Below are positions 9,969 to 20,664 of a stretch of DNA of 64,000 nt, piece by piece. Each line of letters starts with the position of its first letter. Position 1 is the first letter of the stretch. Under the pieces are notes generated by a model, which had not been told where the DNA came from, did not search any database, and saw only the letters and a program-made list of their open reading frames with translations. Both the position numbers and the translations under genes were made by a program. The DNA is taken from the NCBI GenBank assembly GCA_013374835.1, contig CP055307.1, forward strand, positions 749,304 through 813,303, given 5' to 3'. This DNA is from Candidatus Woesebacteria bacterium (GTDB taxonomy: Bacteria; Patescibacteriota; Microgenomatia; UBA8517).

Positions 9969-10772
9969 TTAAAAATTTATAAAAGGAAAAAATATTAAAT
10001 TAAACCCCTCTCCAAAAAAAAGGCAGAGGAAAAAAGAAACTACCATAAAAGGACCAAATGCCACCTTGTCTTTAAGATCTTTTTGTGAAGTAGCTAAAAG
10101 TACAATACCGGCTAAAGCACCTATCACAAACGAAAGGAAAAGAAAGCTTACAACAGTTGGAAAACCGAGAAAGCTACCAAGAAAGAGTGCTAATTTTACG
10201 TCCCCCAAGCCCATCCCATAGCCTTTTGTAGCGATATTTAAAAAAAGAAGAAATAAACCTGCTAAAAATCCTGGTAGAAATAAAACAAATGGAGAAACGC
10301 GAAAGCTAAAAAATAGGGTGAAAAGAAGCGCTACAAGACCAATCCAGACAAGCTCATCAAGAATAATTTGATGCTCTAGATCGATTACAAAAACAGCTAT
10401 TAGGACGGATGTCGTCAACAGCAATAGTAAGACTGAAAATAGTGTAGGAAATTCGTTAAGCCAAGAAACGTTTGAAAAAATTCTAGCACGGCTTAAAAAT
10501 ACCAGCAGAAAAAGAGAGGCTGTTGAAGCTTCGATTAAGGGAGATCTCAACGGAATTGCTTTTTTGCAATTTCTACACCTGCCTTTTAAATAAAGATATG
10601 AAAAAAGAGGAATATTGTCATACCAAGCTATTTTTGTTTTGCAATTTATGCAGAAAGAGCGTCCTTTAGTCAGATTTATTTTTCTAGGATAGCGATAGGT
10701 AAATACCTCTAGAAAAGAGCCTATAATGGCGCCTGTTAAAAAAATAAATATCGGCAAAATAATCTTGTCCAT
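9969..10772 (-). CDS. pilD: prepilin peptidase (A24 family)
   Basis: Polytopic membrane protein with a CINCKTKI...CRNCKK zinc-binding tetracysteine in the first cytoplasmic loop. Confidence 0.85.
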   Translation of the reverse strand: MDKIILPIFIFLTGAIIGSFLEVFTYRYPRKINLTKGRSFCINCKTKIAWYDNIPLFSYLYLKGRCRNCKKAIPLRSPLIEASTASLFLLVFLSRARIFSNVSWLNEFPTLFSVLLLLLTTSVLIAVFVIDLEHQIILDELVWIGLVALLFTLFFSFRVSPFVLFLPGFLAGLFLLFLNIATKGYGMGLGDVKLALFLGSFLGFPTVVSFLFLSFVIGALAGIVLLATSQKDLKDKVAFGPFMVVSFFLCLFFGEGFNLIFFPFINF

Positions 10773-10843
10773 CCTAATCTCTATTAGAATAATAAGACAT
10801 CAGCTTGAAAAACGCACCTTTATTTCTAAGCTGATGTCTTATT

Positions 10844-11359
10844 TTAGTCTTCAACGAAAGTTTGGTTGCCCGGTGATGGAGTGCCACAAACCAAACCCCC
10901 TCTTCCGTCTGCCGTTGAATATACAAAGAATGCATTATCTGCCGGGCACTTGCTGGTATTGTTTTTTGCCTCTGCGCCCGCATAAATAACTGCCTCATCT
11001 CGGGCACTGTTTACGGCATAACACCAATTATCCTGCCCGCCACATCTGTTAGCGTTGTTTGCGGAATAACCAACCTCTTTAGGTGCTGATGAAATTTCAC
11101 CAGTATCTACCAAGCAAGTATCTATCCAATTAGCACCGCAAGTTGCGGTGGTGGGATAAAGCCCGCCATGGGTTGTTGCGTATGCTTCCATTGCATGCCC
11201 AAGTTGAGCTACAGTTGAGGCCCGTCCCGCATCCCTTGTTCTAGCAAGTTGCTGTACAGGATTAAGAGCCAAAAGAATAACAACAGCGAGCGTACCCAAT
11301 ATAGCGATAACAATTAAAAGTTCTATAAGCGTAAAGCCTTTGTTTTGTTTTTTTAACAC
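10844..11359 (-). CDS. type IV major pilin (probable)
   Basis: (M)LKKQNKG/FTLIELLIVIAILG leader. Probable GTG start at 11357-11359, 7 nt after a GGAGGTGA Shine-Dalgarno. First pilin after pilC. Confidence 0.6.
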   Translation of the reverse strand: MLKKQNKGFTLIELLIVIAILGTLAVVILLALNPVQQLARTRDAGRASTVAQLGHAMEAYATTHGGLYPTTATCGANWIDTCLVDTGEISSAPKEVGYSANNANRCGGQDNWCYAVNSARDEAVIYAGAEAKNNTSKCPADNAFFVYSTADGRGGLVCGTPSPGNQTFVED

Positions 11360-11425
11360 ATTATCACCTCCTTTTGATTTATTAACTAATCTATAATCAA
11401 ACAAGTTAAAACCTATTGTCAATAC

Positions 11426-12631
11426 CTAGAGCACAGTTGTTAGATTGTAAATCGGCAATATTACGGAAATTACAAGAAATGCTACACCAATACCCAGTAT
11501 TATCATTACCACAGGCTCTATTGTGGAGGTGAGTGCTTTTACTTTTTGTTCGCTATCTACCTCGAAGACGTGGCCTACTTTCATTAGTACTTCTTCCATT
11601 TTTCCTGTTTCTTCTCCTACAGCGATCATTTGAGATAGGATGTAGGGAAAAGCATCGGGGTGTTTTGCAAAAGAGTACGCTATAGGAAAGCCCTTTTCGA
11701 TTTGCTTGGCTGCGTCTTGGAGTGATTCTGAAATTATAATGTTTCCGATTACTTCCGAGGTAACCTGAAGCCCCTCAAGAATGGGAACGCCTGAACCAAC
11801 CATTAAAGAAAGAGTACGGGCAAGTTCGGTTAAAATTATTTCTTTTTGCAGCTCTCCAATTATGGGAATATTAAAGATTATTTCACTTATTTTTCTTTTG
11901 CCAGCGGGCGTTTTTTTATAAAAAGAAAAAAACCATCCGCCAACACCAAGAAGGATCAAGATAACAGGCCAAAAGCGTACCGAAGCATCCGAAACAGTTA
12001 TAAGAATTTTTGTAGTTATGGGAAGCTCTGCGTCAAATTGCATATAAAGTGATGTAAGCTTGGGAATAACAAAAATCATCATAATAAAACTGACAATTAT
12101 CATACCTATTACAATAATTGCTGGATAAATAAGCGCTCCTTTTACTTTGGCTCGAAATTCCTGTTCCCGCTCCATATTGTCTGCAAGCCTATTTAAAACT
12201 TTATCGAGCACTCCGCCTGTTTCGCCGGCTTTTATAAGAGCTATATAAGTGGGACCAAAAACTTTAGGGTGGTTTTTAAGAGACTCCGAGAGACTTTCTC
12301 CACCTTCGACATCGGCTAGAATTTGGGATATTACATTTTGGAAGCTTGATTTTGATTGCATTTGAAGAATTGAGAGGGATTCTACAATAGGTAGGCCTGC
12401 GTTGACCATAGTTGCGAGCTGACGGGTGAAGATTGCCACATCTCCTCTTGTTATACGGGAACTGAATAACCCAAAAAGAGAAGAAAGATTTATTTTTGAT
12501 TCGTCTATACTAATTACCGTATAGCCTCTTTTTCTTACAAGCTTTGCCGCTTGATCAGAACTCGCTGCTTCTACTTTGCCCGTGATAGTTTTGCCTTGCG
12601 CATCTTTCGCTTTGTAAGTAAATTTTTTCAT
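11426..12631 (-). CDS. pilC: type IV pilus inner-membrane platform protein PilC (GspF family)
   Basis: 401 aa. Two GspF repeats and three TM segments. Confidence 0.9.
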   Translation of the reverse strand: MKKFTYKAKDAQGKTITGKVEAASSDQAAKLVRKRGYTVISIDESKINLSSLFGLFSSRITRGDVAIFTRQLATMVNAGLPIVESLSILQMQSKSSFQNVISQILADVEGGESLSESLKNHPKVFGPTYIALIKAGETGGVLDKVLNRLADNMEREQEFRAKVKGALIYPAIIVIGMIIVSFIMMIFVIPKLTSLYMQFDAELPITTKILITVSDASVRFWPVILILLGVGGWFFSFYKKTPAGKRKISEIIFNIPIIGELQKEIILTELARTLSLMVGSGVPILEGLQVTSEVIGNIIISESLQDAAKQIEKGFPIAYSFAKHPDAFPYILSQMIAVGEETGKMEEVLMKVGHVFEVDSEQKVKALTSTIEPVVMIILGIGVAFLVISVILPIYNLTTVL

Positions 12632-13692
12632 ATCTGCCTATGAATCAGCCTGCTAAGCTGTTCCGGCCTTATTGCATATGATTTGGCCGCATCTACGCTA
12701 ATTTTCCCTGAAAGAACGAGCTCGGCAAGAGAGGCTTCTAGCGTATTCATGCCAACTTCGCTTGAAGTCTGAATAATTGAATCGATTTGATGGGTCTTGC
12801 CTTCACGGATGGCTGTTTTAATAGCTGTTGTTGCGAGCATTATTTCGTGAGAAACAACCCTTCCTCCCTTAAGTGCTGGAATAAGCCTTTGGGAGATTAC
12901 GGCTTCAAGCACATTTGAAAGTTGAAGCTTTACCTGATCTTGCTGTTCTTCGGGAAAGACATCTACCACCCGATCGATTGTTTGAGCTGCTGAATTTGTA
13001 TGCAGCGTTGCGAACACAAGATGACCTGTCTCCGCAATTGTTAGAGCTGCCGCTATTGTTTCATAATCCCGCATTTCTCCTACAAGCACCACATCCGGGT
13101 CTTCTCTAAGAGCAGAGCGCAGTGCAATAGACCAAGAGTGGGTATCAAGACCCATTTCTCTTTGTGAAATAATTGACTGGCGGGAATTGAAAACAAATTC
13201 TATAGGATCTTCAATTGTAACTATGTGGCACTTTCTGTTTGCGTTGATTTCATCCAGGATCGCTGCCAGGGTCGTTGATTTACCATGCCCCGTAGGACCC
13301 GTAATAAGGATAAAACCCTGTCTTAGCGTGGTAAAAGTGTGCATTATTGGAGGAAGTCCAAGAGAGTCAATTGACGGAATATTAAGAGGGATTGTTCTGA
13401 ATGCACCAGCCCAAGTTCTTTTTTGGGTATAGGTATTAACCCTGAATCTTGCTTTTTCGGAAAAGGGAAGTGAAAAATCCAACTCTTTATTAACTGAGAG
13501 CCTTTCCAGCTGCTCTGCTGTAAGCACTTCTTTTAGAAGTCTTTCTGTTGCTTCGGGGGTAAGAACTGGTTCGTTTGGAATAGGCACAAGCTGCCCATCT
13601 ACCCTAAGTGTTGGAGGTACACCAACTATCAAATGCAAATCCGAGGCATTTCGTTCTATTGCTAACTCTAGATATTCTTTTATTTTATCCAT
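12628..13692 (-). CDS. pilT: twitching motility retraction ATPase PilT
   Basis: 354 aa. Walker A GPTGHGKSTT and Asp/His boxes. Lacks the long N1 domain. Confidence 0.85.
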   Translation of the reverse strand: MDKIKEYLELAIERNASDLHLIVGVPPTLRVDGQLVPIPNEPVLTPEATERLLKEVLTAEQLERLSVNKELDFSLPFSEKARFRVNTYTQKRTWAGAFRTIPLNIPSIDSLGLPPIMHTFTTLRQGFILITGPTGHGKSTTLAAILDEINANRKCHIVTIEDPIEFVFNSRQSIISQREMGLDTHSWSIALRSALREDPDVVLVGEMRDYETIAAALTIAETGHLVFATLHTNSAAQTIDRVVDVFPEEQQDQVKLQLSNVLEAVISQRLIPALKGGRVVSHEIMLATTAIKTAIREGKTHQIDSIIQTSSEVGMNTLEASLAELVLSGKISVDAAKSYAIRPEQLSRLIHRQI

Positions 13693-13693
13693 A

Positions 13694-15397
13694 TTATTCC
13701 TGTGCTACTCTTAGTACTTCTTCTATAGTAGTAATTCCTTCAAGAACCTTCAAGTACCCATCTTGTTTCATGGTGATCATACCCTCGGATATGGCTTCTT
13801 TTTCAATTTCCGATGCCGGTGCTCTCTGCAGAATAAGGTGCGAAATTTTTTCGGATACGGGAAGGACTTCAAACACACCTATTCTTCCTTTATAGCCTGA
13901 ATTATTGTTATCCGAAGTGGGTTTTCCGCGATAGAGAACTTTAACTCCCTCTCTCGGCCAAAGAGGGCCTAAAACGTTTTTCATATCTTCCAAAACTTTC
14001 GGATCCGGCTCATAGGGCTCTTTCGTAGATTCGTCTATTCTTCTTAACACGCGCTGGGCCACAATAGCTGTCATAGAGGACGCAAGAAGAAAAGGTTCAG
14101 CACCCATATCCAAAAGCCTAGGAAGAGCGCCTGCCGCGTCGTTTGTGTGAAGAGTCGAAAAAACCAAATGACCTGTAAGAGATGCTTGTATAGCAAGGTC
14201 TGTTGTTTCCCTGTCGCGTATTTCACCGACTAATATAATATTAGGATCCTGCCTTAGAAACGAGCGAAGACCAGATGCGAAAGTAAGCCCTATGGCCGGA
14301 TTGATCTGTACTTGATTTACTCCGTGGATTTTGTATTCAATAGGATCCTCAAGAGTCATAATATTAACCTTTGGGGTATTGAGTTTTTGGATAACTGAAT
14401 AAAGGGTGGTTGTTTTACCCGAACCAGTAGGACCGCATATTGTAATAATGCCGTGAGGCCTTAAAATTGCGTCTTCCAGGTTTTTAAGGGCTCTCCCTCG
14501 AAGCCCGAGATCAGGAAGCTCGGGAATTCCTCCTGTTTTTTTCAGAAGCCTAAGGACTACTTTCTCACCCCAACTAGTCGGAAGGGTGGAAACACGAAGA
14601 TCAACTTCTTGTTCCGGGTTTTTGAAGTTAAAGCGTCCGTCCTGCGGGATTCTTTTTTCGTCTATTTTCATCCCCGAAAGAATTTTTATCCTTGATATAA
14701 GAGCATCATGAAGCTCTCTTGGAATTGTGAGTTTTTCTTGGAGAATTCCATCTATTCTATAGCGTACTCTGGTTTGACGCTCCATTGGTTCTACGTGCAC
14801 GTCAGAGGCTCTTGCTCTTACTGCAAAATCAAGAATGTGTGTAACTATTTCACTAATTTTTTCCTGCCTTATTATCCCTGTTTGTTTTGTTGCATCCAAG
14901 GTTTTAACAATTTTTCCCTCTGAGGTTACTTCTTTTAGTGCTGCTGTTACTTCCTGTGAAAGGGTTGTAGAATATCTTTTCGCAATAAATTCATCTACCA
15001 AAGCAGGAGAGGCTGCCTGAGGTTTAACTCGATAGTCTGTTTTTTGTTCTATAAACTCAATAGCAGCAAGATCAAAAGGCTCTGCCATTGCAAGCACGAG
15101 CTCTTTATTTTGCTGATCAATGGATATGGGAAAAACCCGAAATTTTTTAGCTATTTCTTGAGACAAAACTGATAAGGCTGCAGGGCTTACAGGCGTAGCC
15201 CCCAAGTCTACAAACGGGATATTGTAATACTTGGCTTTTGCTTTGATAAGATCTTCCTCTTTTACGAGATTTTGCTCTTTGATAATGTCTTCTTGGGGCT
15301 TACCAGTTTGTATTTCAGCAAGCTTAATCTGTTCGGCGATTGATGGATTCAGCACTTTTTGGGAAACAAGAATATCGGCAAGCGTGGCAGTAGACAT
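13694..15397 (-). CDS. pilB: type IV pilus assembly ATPase PilB (GspE family)
   Basis: 567 aa. GSPII_E N-terminal domains and Walker A GPTGSGKTTT. Confidence 0.9.
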   Translation of the reverse strand: MSTATLADILVSQKVLNPSIAEQIKLAEIQTGKPQEDIIKEQNLVKEEDLIKAKAKYYNIPFVDLGATPVSPAALSVLSQEIAKKFRVFPISIDQQNKELVLAMAEPFDLAAIEFIEQKTDYRVKPQAASPALVDEFIAKRYSTTLSQEVTAALKEVTSEGKIVKTLDATKQTGIIRQEKISEIVTHILDFAVRARASDVHVEPMERQTRVRYRIDGILQEKLTIPRELHDALISRIKILSGMKIDEKRIPQDGRFNFKNPEQEVDLRVSTLPTSWGEKVVLRLLKKTGGIPELPDLGLRGRALKNLEDAILRPHGIITICGPTGSGKTTTLYSVIQKLNTPKVNIMTLEDPIEYKIHGVNQVQINPAIGLTFASGLRSFLRQDPNIILVGEIRDRETTDLAIQASLTGHLVFSTLHTNDAAGALPRLLDMGAEPFLLASSMTAIVAQRVLRRIDESTKEPYEPDPKVLEDMKNVLGPLWPREGVKVLYRGKPTSDNNNSGYKGRIGVFEVLPVSEKISHLILQRAPASEIEKEAISEGMITMKQDGYLKVLEGITTIEEVLRVAQE

Positions 15398-15435
15398 ATA
15401 AATACATTATTGTATAACCCACTTGCAACTTCAAG

Positions 15436-16080
15436 TTGCAGCTTAGCTGGCTAATGAATAGAATAAATCTAATGCATGCATTTCTTATAACAGGCCCTGA
15501 AAGAGAAAAAGAGGCTAAAAAATTAATTGCCGAATTTAAGGGAAGATTGATAGAGTTTAGTCTTAATCACATTGATCAGGTTAGACAAATGCAAGAAATG
15601 GTAAAATTCTCAGTTTCCGGGGAGGATACTATTTACTTAATCAAAAATTTTGATTTTTCTTCTATCGAAGCCCAGAATGCTTTTTTGAAAATACTTGAAG
15701 AAAAAAGCGAAAACACTAAGTTTATTATTACTGCCAATTCAAAAGAAAGCCTTCTTCAAACTATTGTATCAAGATGCCAGGCTATCCAAACATTTAACTA
15801 CAAACAAAAAACGGTTGATCCAAATGCGAAAGAATTTATTTCGACAACGGCAGCAAAGAAAATCGAAATCTTAGGTCGCATAAAAAGCAGAGATGAGGCT
15901 CTTTTGTTTCTTGAAAACCTGCTTGAGGCAATATATAAAAATTTAAGGAAAAGCCCCGATTTTTCAAGAAAAGCAAATGAAGCTATTTATGTTTATTCCG
16001 CTATTAACGCGAATGCGAATATTCATCTTCAATTAACACGGCTTTTTGTTAATTTTGAATCTATGGAAACAAACAATTAA
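15436..16080 (+). CDS. holB: DNA polymerase III delta-prime-like clamp-loader subunit (short)
   Basis: AFLITGP, FLKILEE and the SRCQ sensor motifs of AAA+ clamp-loader subunits. Confidence 0.55.
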   Translation: MQLSWLMNRINLMHAFLITGPEREKEAKKLIAEFKGRLIEFSLNHIDQVRQMQEMVKFSVSGEDTIYLIKNFDFSSIEAQNAFLKILEEKSENTKFIITANSKESLLQTIVSRCQAIQTFNYKQKTVDPNAKEFISTTAAKKIEILGRIKSRDEALLFLENLLEAIYKNLRKSPDFSRKANEAIYVYSAINANANIHLQLTRLFVNFESMETNN

Positions 16081-16130
16081 ACTCTGCTATAATAGATTAT
16101 AGCCTTAAGAAAACAGGCTATAATTTTTTT

Positions 16131-18083
16131 ATGACGGGTGATAAATACACAGCGGAACAAATCCAAGTTTTAGAAGGACTTGAGCCTGTAAGAAAAAGGC
16201 CGGGAATGTATATCGGCTCAACCGATTCAAGAGGTCTTCATGAATGCCTTCGTGAAATAGTTGATAACTCAGTAGATGAATGTCTGGCCGGAGTTGCTAC
16301 CGATATCTGGGTATATCTTGGTCAAAACGGTAAAGCATATATTAAAGACAATGGACGGGGTATACCTGTTGATAAACACTCATCTGGAGTATCTGCACTC
16401 GAGCTTACAATGACCAAACTTCATGCAGGCGGCAAATTTAGCGGTGATGCCTATAAAATTTCTGGAGGATTGCATGGCGTGGGTGCTTCTGTAGTAAACG
16501 CACTCTCCAGCTACTTTTTGGTAATTGTCTTAAGAGACGGACATGCTTACTACCAAGAGTACTCAAGAGGTGTGCCCAAAAAGGCAGTATCTATTGCAAC
16601 ACAAAAGCAAATTGATGAATGGCTTCCTTCGCAGTGGATGACAAAAATCCAAAATGGGGCAAGCGGAACCATAACTGTTTTTGAGCCAGACAAAGCCATT
16701 TTTAGTGAAGTTGGCTTTGACAAATCAAAAGTCAAATCTCTGCTTCGAGACCGAGCCTATCTGGTAGGAGGGCTTTCTTTTCATTTTTACGATGAGAAAA
16801 GCGACGAGGAAGCAAATTTTTATTTTGAGGGCGGGATAAAAACAATGGTAAAGCACGCAAATCGCGATAAAAATCCCATTTCTGACGTAATTTATTTAAA
16901 ACAAGAAAATGCACCTGTTTCCGTAGAGGTAGCGATTCAATATACGGATACATATTCAGAAAACGTAAAAGGGTATGTAAACGGAATTTATACTACAGAT
17001 GGCGGTACTCATGTGACGGGTTTTAGGATGGCTTTAACCAGATCGATTGTGGACTATGGAAAGAAAAACGAAATTTTTAAAGAAGAGAATGGAAAAAAGA
17101 ATTACAACTTAACAGGCGAAGATCTTAAAGAAGGGCTTTCTGCGATTATTTATGTAAAAATGCCTTCGGAATCTTTACAATTTGAATCCCAGACAAAAGC
17201 AAAACTTAATAATCCCGAAATTCAGGGTATTGTTCATTCTACAGTCAAGTCCGGACTTGATACGTATTTTGAAGAGCATCCGCAAGAAGCAAGAAAAATT
17301 TTAGACAAGGTTCTTCTTGCCGCCAAGGCCAGAATCGCTGCAAGAGCAGCCAAAGAAAGCGTTATAAGAAAAAGCGCTCTTGAGGGCTCTTCGCTACCCG
17401 GGAAATTGGCCGATTGTCAGTCAACAAACCCTGAAAATTCCGAGATTTACATAGTTGAGGGAGATTCAGCAGGAGGATCTGCAAAACAGGGTAGAGACAG
17501 AAAATTTCAAGCAATTCTTCCGCTTTTTGGAAAAGTACTTAATACCGAGCGGGCAAGGCTTGATCAGATTATCAAATCCGACAAATTCAAAAGTTTAATT
17601 ATAGCTTTGGGGACAGGGATTGATGACCAGTTTGATATTAAAAAGCTTAGATACCATAAAATTATAATTATGGCTGACGCAGATGTTGACGGAGCCCACA
17701 TAAAAAGTCTTTATTTGACATTTTTTTACAGACATTTACCGGAACTTGTTAAAAAAGGACATTTGTATATTGCCATGCCACCTTTATATAAGATCGAACA
17801 TGGCAAAAACAAAAAGTATGTATTTACAGAAGAAGAAAAAGAGGCGTATTTAAGGGAAATAAATCATAAAGCAACAGTACAAAGATTCAAGGGACTGGGG
17901 GAGATGAATGCAACCGAACTTTGGGAGACAACTATGAATCCAGAAACAAGGATCTTGAAACAAATTACGGTTAATGATCTTGAAGAGGCAGATCGAATGT
18001 TTACGACACTAATGGGCGAGGATGTGCCACCAAGAAAAAAGTTTATCCAATCACATGCAACAATGGCTTTTTTGGATATTTAG
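16131..18083 (+). CDS. gyrB: DNA gyrase subunit B
   Basis: GHKL ATPase, transducer and Toprim (EGDSAGGSAKQGRDR) domains. gyrA lies 7 kb downstream. Confidence 0.9.
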   Translation: MTGDKYTAEQIQVLEGLEPVRKRPGMYIGSTDSRGLHECLREIVDNSVDECLAGVATDIWVYLGQNGKAYIKDNGRGIPVDKHSSGVSALELTMTKLHAGGKFSGDAYKISGGLHGVGASVVNALSSYFLVIVLRDGHAYYQEYSRGVPKKAVSIATQKQIDEWLPSQWMTKIQNGASGTITVFEPDKAIFSEVGFDKSKVKSLLRDRAYLVGGLSFHFYDEKSDEEANFYFEGGIKTMVKHANRDKNPISDVIYLKQENAPVSVEVAIQYTDTYSENVKGYVNGIYTTDGGTHVTGFRMALTRSIVDYGKKNEIFKEENGKKNYNLTGEDLKEGLSAIIYVKMPSESLQFESQTKAKLNNPEIQGIVHSTVKSGLDTYFEEHPQEARKILDKVLLAAKARIAARAAKESVIRKSALEGSSLPGKLADCQSTNPENSEIYIVEGDSAGGSAKQGRDRKFQAILPLFGKVLNTERARLDQIIKSDKFKSLIIALGTGIDDQFDIKKLRYHKIIIMADADVDGAHIKSLYLTFFYRHLPELVKKGHLYIAMPPLYKIEHGKNKKYVFTEEEKEAYLREINHKATVQRFKGLGEMNATELWETTMNPETRILKQITVNDLEEADRMFTTLMGEDVPPRKKFIQSHATMAFLDI

Positions 18084-18121
18084 TATTTTGAAATTTACGG
18101 TTTATTAGTATAATAGTTGTC

Positions 18122-18598
18122 ATGAATGAATTTAGTGTATTTATTGAGATACCTGCGGGAGGATCAGTAAAATACGAGGTGGATGAAAAAAGCGGAGAAA
18201 TGATAGTAGATAGGTTTTTACATACTGCTTTTTACTATCCTTTTAACTACGGGTATATCAAAAATACAAAAGGAGAAGACGGAGACCCTTTAGACGTAAT
18301 AGTTCTTTCGTCTCAGGCAGTTATGCCTGGAGTTACCATGAAATGTAAAGCCATCGGCATGCTTGAAATGGAGGACGAAGAAGGGGTCGATACAAAAATT
18401 CTGGCAGTTCCTACAGAAAAAATAGATCCTCTTTACGGTGCTTTTAGAGATATTACCGACGTTGCCGAACCAATAAAAAATAAAATTAAACATTTTTTTG
18501 AAAACTATAAGACACTTGAGCCTGATAAATGGGTAAAGGTAAGGGATTTTAAGAATAAATCCAATGCAATTGAGGCTATAGAGAAAGCGTCCGCATAA
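18122..18598 (+). CDS. ppa: inorganic pyrophosphatase
   Basis: Family I PPase signature DGDPLDVIVL. Confidence 0.9.
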   Translation: MNEFSVFIEIPAGGSVKYEVDEKSGEMIVDRFLHTAFYYPFNYGYIKNTKGEDGDPLDVIVLSSQAVMPGVTMKCKAIGMLEMEDEEGVDTKILAVPTEKIDPLYGAFRDITDVAEPIKNKIKHFFENYKTLEPDKWVKVRDFKNKSNAIEAIEKASA

Positions 18599-18601
18599 AC
18601 G

Positions 18602-19252
18602 TTGATGCTTGAGGTTTACAAACTTACTCTCGGACAACTTAATACTAATTGTTATATTTTATATTCAAAAGTAAGCAAGCATTGTGTAATTATTGACCCT
18701 GCCGATGAAGCAAGCTTGATATATGAAAAAATATATCTTCTTAACTTAAAGCCCAAATTGATTGTTGCGACACACGGGCATTTTGACCACATCCAGGCTG
18801 CAGCCGAGCTCAAGCTTTTTTACAAAATACCTTTTTATTTACACAAAAAAGATTTGTTTCTTCTTAGGCATTTTAGAAAATCAGCTATCAGATTTACCCA
18901 AATCGATCCAGGACCCGCACCAGAAGTTGACGCTTACCTCGATAAAAAAATAGCCTTTGGAGAAATAGAGCTTTCAGTTATTGAAACGCCTGGACACACC
19001 CCTGGATCCGTATCTTTTTATTCAAAGAGAGCAGGTATAATTTTTGCAGGAGATCTGCTTTTTTACGGGGGAGGAGTAGGGAGGTACGACTTTTCTTACT
19101 GCGATAAAAACAAACTTTTCCGATCGATAAGAAAAGTATTAAAGCTCCCCAAGGAAACTTTAATTTACCCAGGGCATGGCGAAGAAACAAATGTGGAATT
19201 TGAACAAGTGTGTCACAAACACGGTCTATTGCGAGACATAACCGAAGGATAA
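18602..19252 (+). CDS. MBL-fold metallo-hydrolase (glyoxalase II-like)
   Basis: THGHFDH motif. Confidence 0.7.
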   Translation: MMLEVYKLTLGQLNTNCYILYSKVSKHCVIIDPADEASLIYEKIYLLNLKPKLIVATHGHFDHIQAAAELKLFYKIPFYLHKKDLFLLRHFRKSAIRFTQIDPGPAPEVDAYLDKKIAFGEIELSVIETPGHTPGSVSFYSKRAGIIFAGDLLFYGGGVGRYDFSYCDKNKLFRSIRKVLKLPKETLIYPGHGEETNVEFEQVCHKHGLLRDITEG

Positions 19253-20460
19253 AAGTAGCCCCGGGATATTATTTTTTTGAAAAACATTCTTACCTCTTCT
19301 TCTGTAAAAGAATTGGTCATTTTTATTAACTCTTGTGGGAGAATTATCCTTTGTTCATAAAAAAGCATTTCAGAAAGCTCACTTGCAATACCATTTACAG
19401 AATCGTATCTTAAAAGCGTTGATTTATTTAGATAATTTATTGCTCTTTTGAAATCTTGGTTGTTAATTTTTTTATCGGAAAATTCTTTTATTATTTCAAG
19501 CATAATTTTGTAAACTCTTTGAGAAAACTTTGGACGGGTATAAGAGTACGCTTCAAACCAAACACATGTAGGATAGAAACTTTTTTCTGACCCGGTAGAA
19601 TAAACCAATCCCTCTTCCATTCTGAGCTTTTTGAAAAGAAGTGACCTTGCCGAACCGCCTATAATATAGTTTGCTACATTTAAAAGCATTTTCTCGCGCA
19701 AATTGAAACGTTTATTTGTTATCCAAGAAAGCGAAATTACAAATTGATCAACATCCTCTTTGTGCCAAAATAAATCTCCAGATGATGTTATAGGCGGAGG
19801 GGAAATCAATTCTTTTTTCCCAATATTTCTTTTTTTTAATATTTGAATCAATTTTTTGGGAAGATCGGGAATAATTTTTCCTGCTACCACCACTGTCGTA
19901 TTTTCGTTTGTAAAATGTTTTTTGTGGATTTTTTCAAGATCGTCTATTTTCAGATTATCAACTGTTTTTGGAGTACCGATTGGATAACGGCTGTACGGAT
20001 GGTTTATCCCAAATATATTTTCGTGAATCGAGCGCATAAAACGACCATGGGGAGTACTGAATCTGTCTATATACTCCTGATTGACAATTTTTTTCTCGCG
20101 CACGAAATCCTTTTCCTTTAATGCTGGATTGTAGATAATTTCTTCCAGAAGAAAAAGCGCTTCTTTTGCAGAATTAGAAGGAAATTTAAACCAGTACTCG
20201 ATATATTCTCCGCTTGTTACAGCGTCTGCATGTATACAGTAGTTTTCTTTAAAAAGCTCGATATCTATTTCTTTGCTAAAACTTTTAGTTGCGTCAAAAG
20301 TCAGATGCTCAAGAAGATGTGAAGCTCCCCAATTTTTTTCGTTCTCATAAAAAGAACCTGCTCTAATATTTACTATTATCGCAGTAGCTCCAACACCAGA
20401 CATCGAATAAAGAGCCAATCTTGATTTATTTGGTCTATAAAAACTGTATTTTTTAGTCAC
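19213..20460 (-). CDS. M16 family (pitrilysin/insulinase-like) zinc peptidase
   Basis: Inverted zinc motif HLLEHLTF (HxxEH). Confidence 0.7.
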   Translation of the reverse strand: MTKKYSFYRPNKSRLALYSMSGVGATAIIVNIRAGSFYENEKNWGASHLLEHLTFDATKSFSKEIDIELFKENYCIHADAVTSGEYIEYWFKFPSNSAKEALFLLEEIIYNPALKEKDFVREKKIVNQEYIDRFSTPHGRFMRSIHENIFGINHPYSRYPIGTPKTVDNLKIDDLEKIHKKHFTNENTTVVVAGKIIPDLPKKLIQILKKRNIGKKELISPPPITSSGDLFWHKEDVDQFVISLSWITNKRFNLREKMLLNVANYIIGGSARSLLFKKLRMEEGLVYSTGSEKSFYPTCVWFEAYSYTRPKFSQRVYKIMLEIIKEFSDKKINNQDFKRAINYLNKSTLLRYDSVNGIASELSEMLFYEQRIILPQELIKMTNSFTEEEVRMFFKKIISRGYFYPSVMSRNRPCL

Positions 20461-20664
20461 AAAAAATTTATCTACAATTATATAATAATTATAGAGTGAT
20501 AAGGAAAGGCAGAAATATAAACTTCAGGCAAACAGCCCAGTCTTTTAGTGCAGAAAGGCAGGTTAAGATTTTTTCAAGGCTGAAAAGAAATATCCCTTAT
20601 GCAATCTATAAATTTTCAAAAAGCCTTTTTTACGAGCGTTTGCGAAAAATTAAACAAGAAAAAT

